A stretch of 64,000 nucleotides of DNA, taken from assembly GCF_009834535.1 (NCBI RefSeq), contig NC_045696.1, positions 117,988,001 through 118,052,000 of the forward strand, in the 5' to 3' direction. Position numbers and translations under genes: made by a program. This document shows, in pieces, positions 1-12,045 of this stretch (position 1 is its first letter; every line of letters starts with the position of its first letter). This DNA is from Camelus ferus. Lineage: Eukaryota. The notes beneath the pieces were generated by a model. The model was not told the origin of the DNA. It did not search any database and was given only the letters and a program-made list of their open reading frames with translations.

Positions 1-876
1 ATAAACAGAAGGCTGAAGGCTGGGGTTCAAAGAAGAGTGACCTGTATTCACAGGCACTTATATTTAGTGGCCAGGAGCGCAATAACAAACACTTGTGACT
101 TGGTCCCACATGCTTACTGTGAAAAAAAGACACAAGCACCTCCCTGGGTTGACTGTCACCACAGCCTCTGAAATCCTGCCAAATATCATTCCACAGTCCA
201 TTTTTAGGATTTTTTTAATTGTTTAATGGCATCTAAGTCCACTTAAACAGAGCATCGTCGAGGAGAGATGCTTTTAGATGTTTTCCCTTGAGGAGTTCAC
301 AGTGCTAGTTCACCTGAAACTGTAACTCTACTATCGAGAAAAAAAAATCAAGAAAATCAACAGTAAATGCTAATTTAATGCCTGCTTTGTCTCAGGACTG
401 TCCCTCTTAAATCTTAAAAAGATTTATTTCATTTCATTTATCACTAACATCATATTAAAAGCCAACACCAGTCTGCAAAATTAACGGCTATCCACTGAAA
501 CAAAGAGAAGAGACAAGAAACCAAGAGCAGGTGGTTTAAGCACTTTCAGCAACGCCAGCAAAAAGGAGGTTTATTCAGAGAAGATGTATCAATGTCATCT
601 TATCTCACATGTCAACGTGTCAAAAATAATTGTGTTGTGTTGCACTAATAAAATAAAATTCCTTTCTTTTATTTTCTTTCTTTATAAATGCATATACCAC
701 ATAAAGCAAGCACTCCACAATACGCCGTTCCACTTAGAAACAGTATTTAATCTCCTGGGGTAGCTTGGCTACCGGGAGATAGAGAAGATGTTCAACACCG
801 TTCCGTAGCCCATTTCTAGGCTGTGAAGAGACTTTTAACTCAGTATTTCTCTCTTCTTTCCTTACTCCAGCTGCCT

Positions 877-910
877 CCTAACCTCAACCCTATCCCTAAC
901 CCCTAACCTA
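877..910. repeat. Short degenerate telomere-like (CCCTAA)n tract
   Basis: Units CCTAA|CCTCAA|CCCTAT|CCCTAA|CCCCTAA|CCTA, with two perfect CCCTAA hexamers (894-899, 901-906). Confidence 0.5.
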
Positions 911-1779
911 CCACTTAACAGTAGAGACATACAATTTACAGCTATTGAAGAAAAGGTTATTCTTTTTAGAAGTCCGGTCTACTAACATGCTACGGCATCA
1001 CCATTCATCACCGTACATGTCCTCATGTTCCTTGACAAGACGTTTGCTTCACGTTGAGTACACACAGTCAAAATGGCCACTTAGGGACCGGGTCTGGGAA
1101 GCCCATCAAATGCTGCCGAAACAGGACACTTGCATCTTATCCATACCATCCCTGTTTTTCTTCACTGATCATTCCAGTCTTTTGCAAGGGCCTTCTTAGT
1201 GAGAGAAAATGAAACTCATAAGTGTACTTTCTCTCAGAAACAAAATGGGGCTTTAATAAAGAAAAAGTTGACTTGCTTTTCAAATTGGCCCAGTGTGGAT
1301 TTTAGCTTTCTGTGTGTCACGGGAAATAAAGCTTTAGGCAAGATGAGGCTATTCGCACCTCTGCCAAAAATTATTATATTTTTTAATGGTAAATTAACAT
1401 CAAAAGTTTTATACATATTAGTGATGGTCTGACCTCCAACTGTTCACAGTCATGTCCAATCCACACACACAGAAGGAGAAAATCTGTCTGCGATGAATGT
1501 TCAATTTGTTCAATTCCCTGCCATGTCTTTTCAGCTGCTAATGGTACTCTGTGAACAGATGATGACTTTAGTGGGAAGGAAAACCAACAGGGATAAACCA
1601 CTTTAAATTTTTTGAGGTAGTAATTTGTAATTTAGGTATGCTTTACCATAATGTTTATACATATATGTATGTGTAATTTTAAAGCAACAGCTCGCTCCCA
1701 AAAGTTGTTAATTTTTAAAATAAAATCTTCTGTTGTTTTGAAAGTGCTGTGTCTGCCATGTTAGGGGCTGAATCTTCCG

Positions 1780-1900
1780 ACTCAAATGAACAAATATTTA
1801 CCGAATACCTACAATGTGCCAGGCTGAGGGGAGGGAGAGTGGGATGATAGCAGGAAGTTGCAAAAATGACATGGTCCCTTTGATAAAATTCAGCTGAGAA
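1780..1900 (-). mobile_element. L2 3'-end fragment (degenerate)
   Basis: aacaaatatttaccgaatacctacaatgtgccagg is the reverse complement of the L2 tail (cctggcacatagtaggtgctcaataaatatttgttg). Confidence 0.65.
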
Positions 1901-2175
1901 CCTAGAAATATGCCACTCAACCCAGTGCCATACACGAAAATGACAGGGCAGTTAGAAAAACTATCTTGAAACCTATCAAAGTGCAGACCCAGGCTAAGTA
2001 GCCAATGAGAATAGGGCTATCAACTTCCTATACGTTCTTTCTCTAGGAAGTCCTTTTCATCACAACAGAAACAATGAAAAGACCTCAAATGGGGAAGAGG
2101 GAGGCCAGAAGTCTCGGCCAGTTCCAAGGTAATGGGAGCCCCAGCAAAGACAAAGAAGAGACTGTTCTCTGACTC

Positions 2176-2696
2176 AGATATGTGCCCCTCAATGCTCATA
2201 GCAGCACTATTTACAATAGCCAAGACATGGAAGCAACCTAAACAAAATAAATAAATAAAATAACGCCATTTGCAGCAACATGGATGGACCTGGAGACTGT
2301 CATACTAAGTGAAGTAACTCAGAAAGCAAAAGAAAAATACCATATAATACCACTTATCTGTGGAATCTTAAAAAATGATACAAATAAACTTATTTACAAA
2401 ACAGAAAAAGACTCACAGACATAGAAACAAACTTGTGGTTACCAGGGGGAAAGTGAGGTGGAGGGATAAATTAGGAGTTCAGAATCTGCAGATACACACT
2501 ACTATATATAAAATAGATAAACAACAAAGTCCTACTGTACAGCACAGGGAACTATATTCGATATCTTGTAATAGCCTATAATGAAAAAGAATATGGAAAG
2601 GAATATATGTATACATGTATTTGTATAACTGAATCACTATGCCATACACCAGAAATTACCACAACATTGTAAACCGACTACACTTAAATTAAAAAA
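2176..2696 (+). mobile_element. 5'-truncated L1 (end of ORF2 plus 3' UTR), cetartiodactyl type, with an internal deletion
   Basis: gcagcactatttacaatagccaagacatggaagcaacctaaa ... gccatttgcagcaacatggatggacctggag ... actgaatcactatg ... A-tail; colinear with the copy at 59432-60003. Confidence 0.93.
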
Positions 2697-2796
2697 GAAA
2701 GGAGGGAGGGAAGGGAGGGAGGGGGAGAGGGAGAGAAAGAAAAGATAGATAAGAAAGAAAGGAAAGAAAGAAAGAAAGAAGAAAGAAAAAGAAGAA
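2697..2796 (+). repeat. Purine-rich (GGGA)n/(GAAA)n microsatellite grown on the L1 tail
   Basis: ggagggagggaagggagggagggggagaggg ... gaaagaaagaaagaaag, running directly into the N gap. Confidence 0.9.
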
Positions 2797-2896
2797 NNNN
2801 NNNNNNNNNNNNNNNNNNNNNNNNNNNNNNNNNNNNNNNNNNNNNNNNNNNNNNNNNNNNNNNNNNNNNNNNNNNNNNNNNNNNNNNNNNNNNNNN
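2797..2896. other. Assembly gap (100 N)
   Basis: Exactly 100 consecutive N, the usual placeholder for a gap of unknown size. Confidence 0.99.
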
Positions 2897-3164
2897 TTAG
2901 TGGAAAGGTAATTAAGGAGGGTCATGTTCCAATCAAGGTGCAGCGAAATAAATGCTGGAAACATGACCATTAAAGTTGCACTTCCACCTCATTTCAATTT
3001 GGTGACTTTGGGTCTGGAGACCACACACAAGGGTTCACACATCAGAAAGCCTTTTCCCACCCCTCCCTCAGGTATACTGAGAACACTGCATCCTAGGGTT
3101 ATCTCTGCTTTAAGTAGAGCGATTCCATTTTTCGGGCCATCCTAGCTTATCCCTGTTCTCCCAG

Positions 3165-3166
<2 letters not shown>

Positions 3167-3198
<32 letters not shown>

Positions 3199-3316
3199 GC
3201 TGGGGCAGGTAATTAGGTTTGCTTATTTGTTTATTCTTAGAGGAGGTACTGGAGATTGAACCTAGGACCTCATGCATGCTAAGCATGTGCTCTACCACTT
3301 GAGCTATACCCTCCCC
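3167..3316 (-). mobile_element. Vic-1-type camelid tRNA-derived SINE, full length, with long poly(A)
   Basis: Reverse complement reads GGGGAGGGTATAGCTCAAGTGGTAGAGCACATGCTTAGCATGCATGAGGTCCTAGGTTCAATCTCCAGTACCTCC...AAACCTAATTACCT, then a 31-nt A tail; Pol III A and B boxes present. Confidence 0.92.
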
Positions 3317-3744
3317 ACCACCATCCCCAGCATAATTATTAATAGCTTTCACTCACACTTTCAAAAAGGCCCCGGTTAGGGATGATTGATTATGCAGATC
3401 CTCTAATCATAATACAATCTATGATATATACTCCAAGCCCTGCTGCAGTAGAACAAATTCCAGCCCTGACCCAGCACCAGACATGTGGCAGTCTGCAAAG
3501 TTCCAGACACCTGCTGGAATTTATCATCCTCCTCCCCCGTGCAATGGGCAGGTTCTTTAAAGGAACTGGCTGAACAAGCTACACTGTCTGATTCACAGAT
3601 GTGACCTGCGGCCACATGTCCTGTCGAACCCTAACTTTCCTCTGCCTGCGCCCAATAAATCCAGTAAAATTTCCCTGGATGAGCTGAGCTCTATTGGATT
3701 CTGCCCAAAATCTGCCTCTGTTACAGGCTTCTTCAGAATACAAA

Positions 3745-3830
3745 ATGGAGTTTATTCACATTGGTTTCTCCCAGTGTCTTCAGCACTCAGCCTTACTTGT
3801 AAGAACCTCTCAGTAAATGTTTGTTGAAAT
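3745..3830 (+). mobile_element. L2 3' tail fragment
   Basis: tttctcccagtgtcttcagcac ... ctcagtaaatgtttgttgaaatg matches the L2 terminus. Confidence 0.55.
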
Positions 3831-6800
3831 GCCTGGAACATCCAGTCAAAACACCTGGATGGCTGGCCTAATTCTTTACTTTCTTTCCAGCTATTCATCA
3901 TCATGTAGATCCAAAGACATCCAGAAAACAGACAAATGCCAGGCCTGAGCACGTCCGTGGGGAGAAGAGACCAGGTGCAGGTAGGAGGAAGCAACAGCCA
4001 CACTTACACCACTGCTTCCCCCCTGGTAGCATCTCAATCTGTCTTCATGTTCTTTGTTAAGGCAACTAATTGGCCACATTCTACAGCCCAGATATTCCAG
4101 AGGTAGGAGCCAGGTCTCTCCCGACAAACCCATCAACCAAACGTTGTTTCTACCTGGATCTCCTGGACGAATAAAGTCAGGGTTCAAGACAGATGCTTGC
4201 TAGAGGGTCATCAGTACTTGCTGTTCACTTGCACAGCATCTAAGGAAGTCTTAACTCCATGGAGAGACCAGTCACGGAGAAGGAAGACAATAGAGGAGAT
4301 ATTGGAAGTCTTTAAAATAATTTTTTATTCCTTACGACTTTCGAACAAAGTTGAAGTCTGTCCATAAGTTATTAGTAGGAATTGCAGTGTTTGAACAAAC
4401 CCTTGTAAATTGTGCTGAAGCCTTTTGCCCTCAGTCTTCACATTCCCAAATTTTAATATGTGATTTTTCAAATCACAGCTTTAGCACCCTTGTGATTTTT
4501 TTTTTTCAGATCACCCAAGCAGACTAGATAAATGCAGTGACTGTTCCTAAGGAATGACTTTCATGAACCTACCACATGGGATGGGGACAAAACTGTCCTA
4601 TAATTTGGCATCATCTGTTGAGGAAAATAGTTTCTACAACATTCATCCATCTTTGAAAAAGAACAACAGAAAAGCCAAGTAGATTTCAAGCTGGAAAGGA
4701 GGGATAGAAAGAGCCCTGGGTGCCAGACTCCACATTCACACAATGTGTTCTTTCGGAAGGTTTGAGTCTCGGAGCTTTCTCCTTTCATCGGCCAACATAA
4801 AAGTTGTTTCAGCCAGAAGTAGAGAACAAAGGAAGACTTTCATTTACAAAAGCTAGTCGAATGCCACAGTGTCTGTTAGGAACTTTTATTTATGCTGCAC
4901 CTGGCATTATTTTTAACTATCTGTGGAACAGAACTGCCTGGGACTCTGACAAGGAAATAGCATGTTTCTGTGTCTAACACATGAACATTTGTCACGTGCG
5001 TGTGAACCCTGGGCTCCCGTCCGCGATGCGAGAGGAGGCGGGCTCGCATTCCCACTGGGGGCTGCTCTGCCCCCCAGCTTCTACAGGTGGAGGATGTCAC
5101 CAGGCGCTCTGGTCTGAGTCCTCTACAGTTTGTGCCAGCTCACAACTGCCATTGACGGAGTTCTGTGCTTCCCCATCTCCAGGTAAAATGGTCTTTGAAG
5201 TAACCTTGCCAACGGCAGATGAACAAAGCTAAACCGGGGCTATCTTTTCACTCACTGCCTAGCTCTTCCCGGTCCAGGCAAGATTCTGGAACTTTTCCTT
5301 GTAAAGTCTCCAACTTCATCGAAAGCATTATCCTTCCTTTTTTTTTTAATCAAAGAAAATATGAATTCGGTATGTACTTATGTCTTGCTCTGCTAAGGAG
5401 AGCAAATCCTTGTTGAGTTAGCCTCGCTCCAGCAAAGAGGCAAACACACAGCACTGGGATGGTGTTTCTTTGAACTTGCCATTTCACCTTTTCCTCCATG
5501 AAAATCTCTCTTCAATATAAAAAGCATCTTGGCCCAGATAATCTCAAATCTCCATTCCAACAGTAACACAAGTCCATGATACTCTAAGAGGAGCCTAACC
5601 TTACTAACGTGCACATTGTAGTTGGATGTGAAAATTTTATTCTAACACGTTTAAATGCTGCTCATGAGGGAAAAGAAAATTTTGAGCTACAAAACCTGCA
5701 GAGCCGGACCATCAGCCCCAGTAACTCTGCAGATCCAATGTTATCTTCTGCGTTGATCAAACAGACGCAGATGGAGAGCTAACCAGTTATTCAGACAGAG
5801 TCTGATAAAGACATCCTGTGGCAATTTATGCGTCTAATTTGCTCTTTAAGAAAAGGAGATGCTGCATTTAATCCACAGGACAGCTTCTTAGAACTCAAGT
5901 GGGGGCTTGGGATTAACCTCAAGTCAATTACAAATTACCAAAATAATAATAATAATGATAATAATCTTTTGGAACATATGAAACCTTAAGTAAGAATCCT
6001 TTCTGTTTAAAGATGCCCTTACACGAGGAGTCCAGAATTTAACCATAACACTTGAGACTCCAAATATTAAAACTACAGCTTCTTCCTTGTGCTTTTCAAA
6101 CTTTTAAAATCCAATTTAACCTCCCATGCCCACAAGCCTGTAATTTAGAAAATTCAAATGATAAAATCTGCTCCTCGGCCCTAAAACTCCTGCCCACCCT
6201 CCAGCTCACCATGGAACGATTGCAGATTGCCTGGCTTTCAGACTGCAGCAGCCCCGACCAGATTAGCCAGGAGCAAAACTGACTTCACCACGTGGCCCAG
6301 AATTGCCGGAGTGACCGTAAAAGCTTGTGGCAGAGGGCAGTGGAGGAAACGGTGTCCAGTTCAAAAATCCTTCCCTGCACCCAAAGGGGCAGCTCACAGA
6401 AGTGCCCATATCTACTTTGGGGTTGTGCCTTCATTCGCTCCCTTGGCTCTAAGTAGCCATTCCCCTCCAACCAGAGAGACTTCGGGCACTTCCTGCACAG
6501 GAGAGCCACTGCCTAAGCCTGTCCAAGCATTTCTCTGTCACTGGGGCTGTGAGCTACAGGCATCGCACACTTAGTTGCAGCTGGGAGAGGATGGGACCGA
6601 AAAGAAGAACCCAGATGCAGAGTTAGCATTTATGTCCTGTAGGGATACCCTTGAAACTTGTTAAAAAATGTCAGTCAAGACATCTGGTCAGCTGTCCTCG
6701 TCCATATTGGGGTTTTTAGGCTACTGTCATGCCCCAATATGCTTTGAACGCTGCCAATCTGCTTTCTCCGCAGAAGCAGCAGTGTGTCCCCTCTGGTTTC

Positions 6801-6879
6801 TCCGTTCATCCCCAGCCCTGGTGTTTATAGTATCACGTACAGAGCAAAATGAAAACGCACATACTGTATGTTTCTGGCT

Positions 6880-7130
6880 CACGAAGCGGGTCGGACCAAC
6901 CTTGTGCAATCAGGGACGGGGGCCGATTGGCTGAGGCTGGGTCCATCTTGCCGACTGCGGAAGAGTCAGCTGTCGCCAGTGCCATGCGGCAGATGGACAG
7001 TTTGCATCCGAGTTCCAGGCCGGCGCCAAACCCTTTAGAAGCTTTGGCAGCCGAGTGCCATCAGGCAGCCGCTCGGATGTCCTGCAGATGGTCGCAGCGG
7101 CCACCCGGCCTCTGCATCCTGATGGGCGCA
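6880..7130. promoter_or_regulatory. Small CpG-rich patch with reverse CCAAT box; candidate promoter or enhancer
   Basis: 19 CpGs counted in about 250 bp against a CpG-depleted background; GGCCGATTGGCTGAG (NF-Y type) near 6921-6935; two CAGATG E-boxes. Confidence 0.35.
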
Positions 7131-7276
7131 GGGCTTACTCTCAGGCAGCATTCACTCTGGCCTGGGCCCCCCATCAGTCAAAGAGGTGGGTCACTGGGCT
7201 GCCACTAGCCAAGACCTTCCAGCAGCGTCCACTCCCACGAGGAGAGCAGCAGAAAAATGTTCTTTTAAAAGAGGTA

Positions 7277-7304
7277 ACACACACGCGCGCGCGCACACAC
7301 ACGC
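7277..7304. repeat. (CA)n(CG)n(CA)n alternating purine-pyrimidine tract
   Basis: acacacacgcgcgcgcgcacacacacgc. Confidence 0.9.
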
Positions 7305-9339
7305 CTGATCTGAGTCCTCCTCCTTCAGGTTTCCCCAGGTCACATTCCGACCCCTAGATAGTGGCCCTTCTTCCCTGATAACTGGGAGGTGTCTTAGATG
7401 GTTAGCAACACCTTCCACCCACGTCCATGGCACGGGCACACAGAGGTTCCTTTAAAACAAAACCAAATCAGAATTGAAAAAAAAAAAAAAAAAGAAGAAG
7501 AAGAAGAAGAAAGGGAGGAAAAAAGAAGAAAATAACTAAAGTACAGGCAGCATCCTCCTTCCTCCAGATTTCCTGGTAAAGAGCGCCCATTTTCTCCTTC
7601 CCAGGTCACAAGTTTAGACCCCTCTTCCCCTGGCATTGCCACCCAAAGTGGCAGCCATTGGGTAATTTCGGGATAATCAGGACTGCAGACCAGGAGGTCT
7701 GGAGTTTGGAGTCCCTGTGAAGCCGTGCAGAGCTCTGCTCTGTCTGCGTCTGACCCGCCCTAAGCCCCAAAGCAGAACAAAGCTTCATCCTCGCGGTGGT
7801 CAGACTCATCTGGTTCCATGAAGCACCCAGAGTAATCTGTCCAAAAGCTGGGCCTGGAGGTCTTCCAAATGGAGCCCTTGCGTATTTGGTAGGAGCAGTT
7901 AGGAATTCTGACCGGCGCTATTAGTCAGAAGTCATGTCACTGCCCCGGAGAAGCGAGTGTAGGTTACTCCCGCCTCCAAGATCAACCAAGAAATTTCCAC
8001 TTCCCTCCACAGCCCCTTGATGAGTAGGGCAGGCAGGGAGAAGTTTAGAGCAAGTGGCTGACAAAAATTAAAAACAAGCTCGGTTGAAAATAAATTCAAT
8101 AATGTGTGATTTCCAGCCACTCAAAAGTAATAGAAATATTTGGTAAAAATATATAGATATAAATTGCCAATTAATACAAACTGGTTAAAGCCAGTAAATG
8201 GAAAATAAGAAAAAGTTAATTAGAGCTTTTTGAGGTTTTGTTATATATACATCATTTGCAGGTGCTACAAAAGTGAAAAATAACCATTATAATTACTAGT
8301 ATTCAAAGATTCATATTTCTCCCGTGTAATTTATTTAGGATTATCAGTTTCCTTGTAGTTATACAAAAGGCCTGTCAAGGTGTTTCCCACGTGTTTGGCT
8401 CGTGTGTGTTCCAAAAACAAGCCAAAATGCTGTTGTATTTCACAGTACAGGGAAGCTACTCGGAGGAAAAAAAAAAAAAAAAAAAAAAGGCCAAGTTTTA
8501 CCTGGATCTCTATCTTGGTTAAATTATCTTACATATGTTTTAATTTTTTTTCTTGTTCTTTCTGTCTTTATCTTTCTGTCTCTCTCTTTGTTAAAATGCA
8601 TCTGTGTTTGTTGACTGTCCCGGATTATATCTAAGCGAGGAGTGGGTGTATTAGCACCTGGTAGAGTATATGTAGCTTAACAATACGTATCATTACATTA
8701 TTTACAGCTCATTTTACGTTATTCAATCGTAAACTGCAAATTAACCCTTCAAGAACCAGTTGGGGAAAATGCTCCGTTAGGCACGAGCTATCCAGTGAAG
8801 CTTTTTTCCCCCGCCCCCTGGCAGGATTGTTAAAAGTACATCGATAACTGTATTCATAAACAGGGAAGTGTGTTCATTACGGCAGGGGTGCCCACCAGAG
8901 CCAGCTAATTCCTCTCCCAGGAAATCTGTTTCATAATGATATTCCTTACTACATCACACTTGTACTTATGCTGATAACACAGGTTATAAAAGGGACTTAG
9001 GACCGGAGTCAATTAATGGCCTGGCTCTTTAACCTCCTTTATTAGAGCACATTAGGTGCCAAGGGGACTGGATGTTATGCTGCTGGCAACAGAAAGGCCC
9101 ACGCGATACCATTTCATGCCGTCTCAGCCCTGTCTTCCGTTCCCAGGAACACACATCATGATCTGACCTCATTAGGCACTGATTCAGCCGTGGTCCGGGT
9201 GCAGGAGCACGAGGAGGGGAAGGCTGGTGAGAGGGGATGCCGAGAAAGCACCTTTATGGCCCCTGGTAAAAAAAATCTTCCCCGGCAACTTTTACTTGAT
9301 TGTCCGTCACCAACATTGTCTCCTAGATCACCGAGTTCT

Positions 9340-9462
9340 GCTGACATTTCATGCCCGTCTGGAGGAACTGAAGCCCAGAAAGATGGGGGCTACTGTCTAA
9401 AGTCACCTGGCTTGTTAGCAGTGGAGCCAAAACTAGGGAATTCAGAGTTCCTGATGCCTAGA
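9340..9462 (-). mobile_element. MIR SINE fragment
   Basis: gaggaactgaagcccagaaag ... ctaaagtcacctggcttgttagcagtggagccaaaactag is the reverse MIR core. Confidence 0.7.
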
Positions 9463-11862
9463 AGGGGGCTCCCACCTGTCTCCTGGTGCCTTTTTAAATA
9501 TAAAAAGCAATTGTTAATGAGCGATCACTAAAGACTGGACCCAGGGAAGGGAAAGGAACAGAATTATAAATAGAAAGAATTTTAAAAGATACAGAGAGAG
9601 AGAGCAAGAGAGAGCAGGAGTTTTAAACTGGACTGCAAGAGAGAAACTACAAGTTTCAAAATAAGTTCTCTTTGCTAATGAGAAATTTTTGGTTTCTCTT
9701 TTCTCCTCTAATTAGCATTAATGGGGAAACAAATGTACATATTGGACTGAACTTGAATGCATTCTTAATAACGTGGAGTTTTTAAAAGAAGGATACGATG
9801 TAATTTGAGCTGAGAAAGAGTCCTCCACTCCTGTGCTACGCAAACACTGCTGCTAACCTTTAAGGAACCCAACAGTGTCTTGTTCCCGAATTAATCAGTC
9901 TCAAGACTATCAGCAATTTAGCTCCATTTTGTCAGTAATTAGCTTGATAAATTAAGATCTGCAATAGAAAACATGGCATCTTATTGTTCCGGAGGTTTTA
10001 TGGTATTTTTCTAAAACCAGCAGCCTTCCTTTAAAATGTTCATTTCTATTGCAAAGAGACAAACAACAAAACCGAAAGTTTGCCGAGTCTGGCTCCAGAC
10101 AACAACAGCCTGCCCCAGATCCGCTGGGCAAAATATCAAAGATTAGCCATTCATCATGCAAACTTCAATCGTGTGGTTTAAAATAATATTCAAATCCAAG
10201 GACTGTGGGCAGTGGCTTCCAGATAGGGAGAAACGATCAGTTCAGTTCCTTCATGTTCTCCCTCGTTTTCTACAATCATGAAACAAATGGGCTGGTGGAG
10301 AAATATTATGGAAAATGGCGAAACATGGGGAGGTGTTTCCACATTTGTCCAAACGGCTCCCTGCGTTTGAAGAGTGCAAAAATGGCAAATCAGAAGCTAA
10401 GCTTCTTTTTCATCAAAACTGTCCACAAACGATATGATTTCTTGGGGCTGATTTCCATTCAGGGGACAGTGAAAGTTATTTTAAATGACCAAAGCCATTT
10501 CAGAAGGGTAAGCGCATCTCAGCATGTTCGTAGGGTCAGAGCCGCCCGCTCCCAGAGACTCGAAATGCTGGGAGTGCCGGCGATACCGTTCCCTCCCTTT
10601 CACAATAAATGGAAATGAGAAAGGTATCTTCCTCCGAAACGTGCTAAAAATAGAGCAATTACAGATGTGGTGTTATAAACTCCTATTCCAGAGCGTTCAG
10701 TTTCAGCCATGATTTCCACTGCAGAAAACTGTACTAATAGAAAACATCCCGATCAATCTGAATTTGAGGTATTTCATACAATGTATATTACCTTTCTGCT
10801 GCCTGCAACCTTCTGCCAGGTTTTTTTTTTTTTTCTTTTTAGGAGGTGCTTTGAGGGGACCATACCATGAGAACAATACACAGCTGCTGCTGTACAGAGA
10901 TATCTAATTGTCAATATTGTGGAAATTCTACAGCTTATTACGTGCATTCAGTCTAATTCTGGGCAAATTGCCAGTCACTTCAGGGACAATCAAGTGAACC
11001 ACATTACACGTGGTACAGCATCACAGCTTTGAGATACCCGGCTGTTTTGCCTCTGGCCAGAGACTGTTTGTACCAGTGCTATGGAGTGAAGGGGGGTAAC
11101 TACAAATAAAATAAAATTTGTATTTTTTCAAGTGGGCTGCATTTCAAGCCCAGATGTTAGTAATGAAAGATTCAATTTAAGGATTTAAATTACAAATAAA
11201 TAAAGTATGAAACAGATGTGATTTTTAAGGAAGTTCAAATTATCCAGGAAGAAAAATATCTCTGTGCATGACAAAGTAATAGGGATTGTCTTGAAGAGTC
11301 TGTTGAAGACAATCTGCTGAGCGCAATTCACCCTTAGGACAGGATTGGTTTGGGATGGGGAGGACTGGTGGAGCTTGTCATTAAACAAAAATTGTGTTTA
11401 ATAAAACTTTATAACCGTGATTAATCCTATGAGGCCCTCAAGGAGTTTGCAGTTTCTGATAAACACATTTTCCTTGTTTGCAATGGTAATGATATTTTGA
11501 AGTGAATGGAATAAGAGCAAAAACTCTAAGGGTAGGAAAAGTAGGGCTTGGCAGGTACCATCTCGGCAGAAATTGCAGGGACATGTAAGAAACAGGGGCC
11601 ACCCATGAGGAGGCCGCCTTGCCATGTGTGAGGCTTGTGTGCGGGCGGGTAGATGGGGGCAAATTTCACTGAGAAACCCAGGCACTGAGCAGGCAGTAAT
11701 GGAGCACATCTTTATTTCTAGAGACAAGCTAATAAGTCTTTTTTAAAATTCTAAGCTGATCATTAGGTTTGCCTATCAAAAGGATGACAGTGATTTAAGA
11801 CAGGGTGGCTCATACCTGGAGAATATTCCTTGAAAATGAAAGGAGAAGGGACCATCCCAGAG

Positions 11863-12045
11863 TTGTACTGTCTGCTTCAGTAGCCACTGGTCGTATGTGG
11901 ATATTTACATTTAAATCAATTTAATTTAAAATTTTCAGTTTACTATCACACAAGCCACATTTCAAGGTGGCTAGTGGCCATCATACTAGACAATGCTGAT
12001 AAAGAACATGCAGAACATATAGAAAGTTCTACTGGATGGCATTTG
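11863..12045 (-). mobile_element. MER3-like hAT-Charlie MITE
   Basis: gtagccactggtcgtatgtggatattta ... agccacatttcaaggtggctagtggcc ... agaaagttctactgga. Confidence 0.75.

Noticed and set aside
1613..1634. let-7/miR-98-like sequence TGAGGTAGTAATTTGTAATTTA (18 of 22 positions match miR-98 as I recall it)
   Set aside because: No complementary 3p arm (CTATACAA...CTACT/CTACC) follows, so no precursor hairpin can form; treated as a chance match.
2689..2970. ORF crossing the N run
   Set aside because: Artefact of the assembly gap and the (TTTC)n repeat.
6849..7357. Overlapping ORFs in the CpG-rich patch as a coding exon
   Set aside because: No recognisable homology or convincing paired splice sites; open frames are expected at this GC content.
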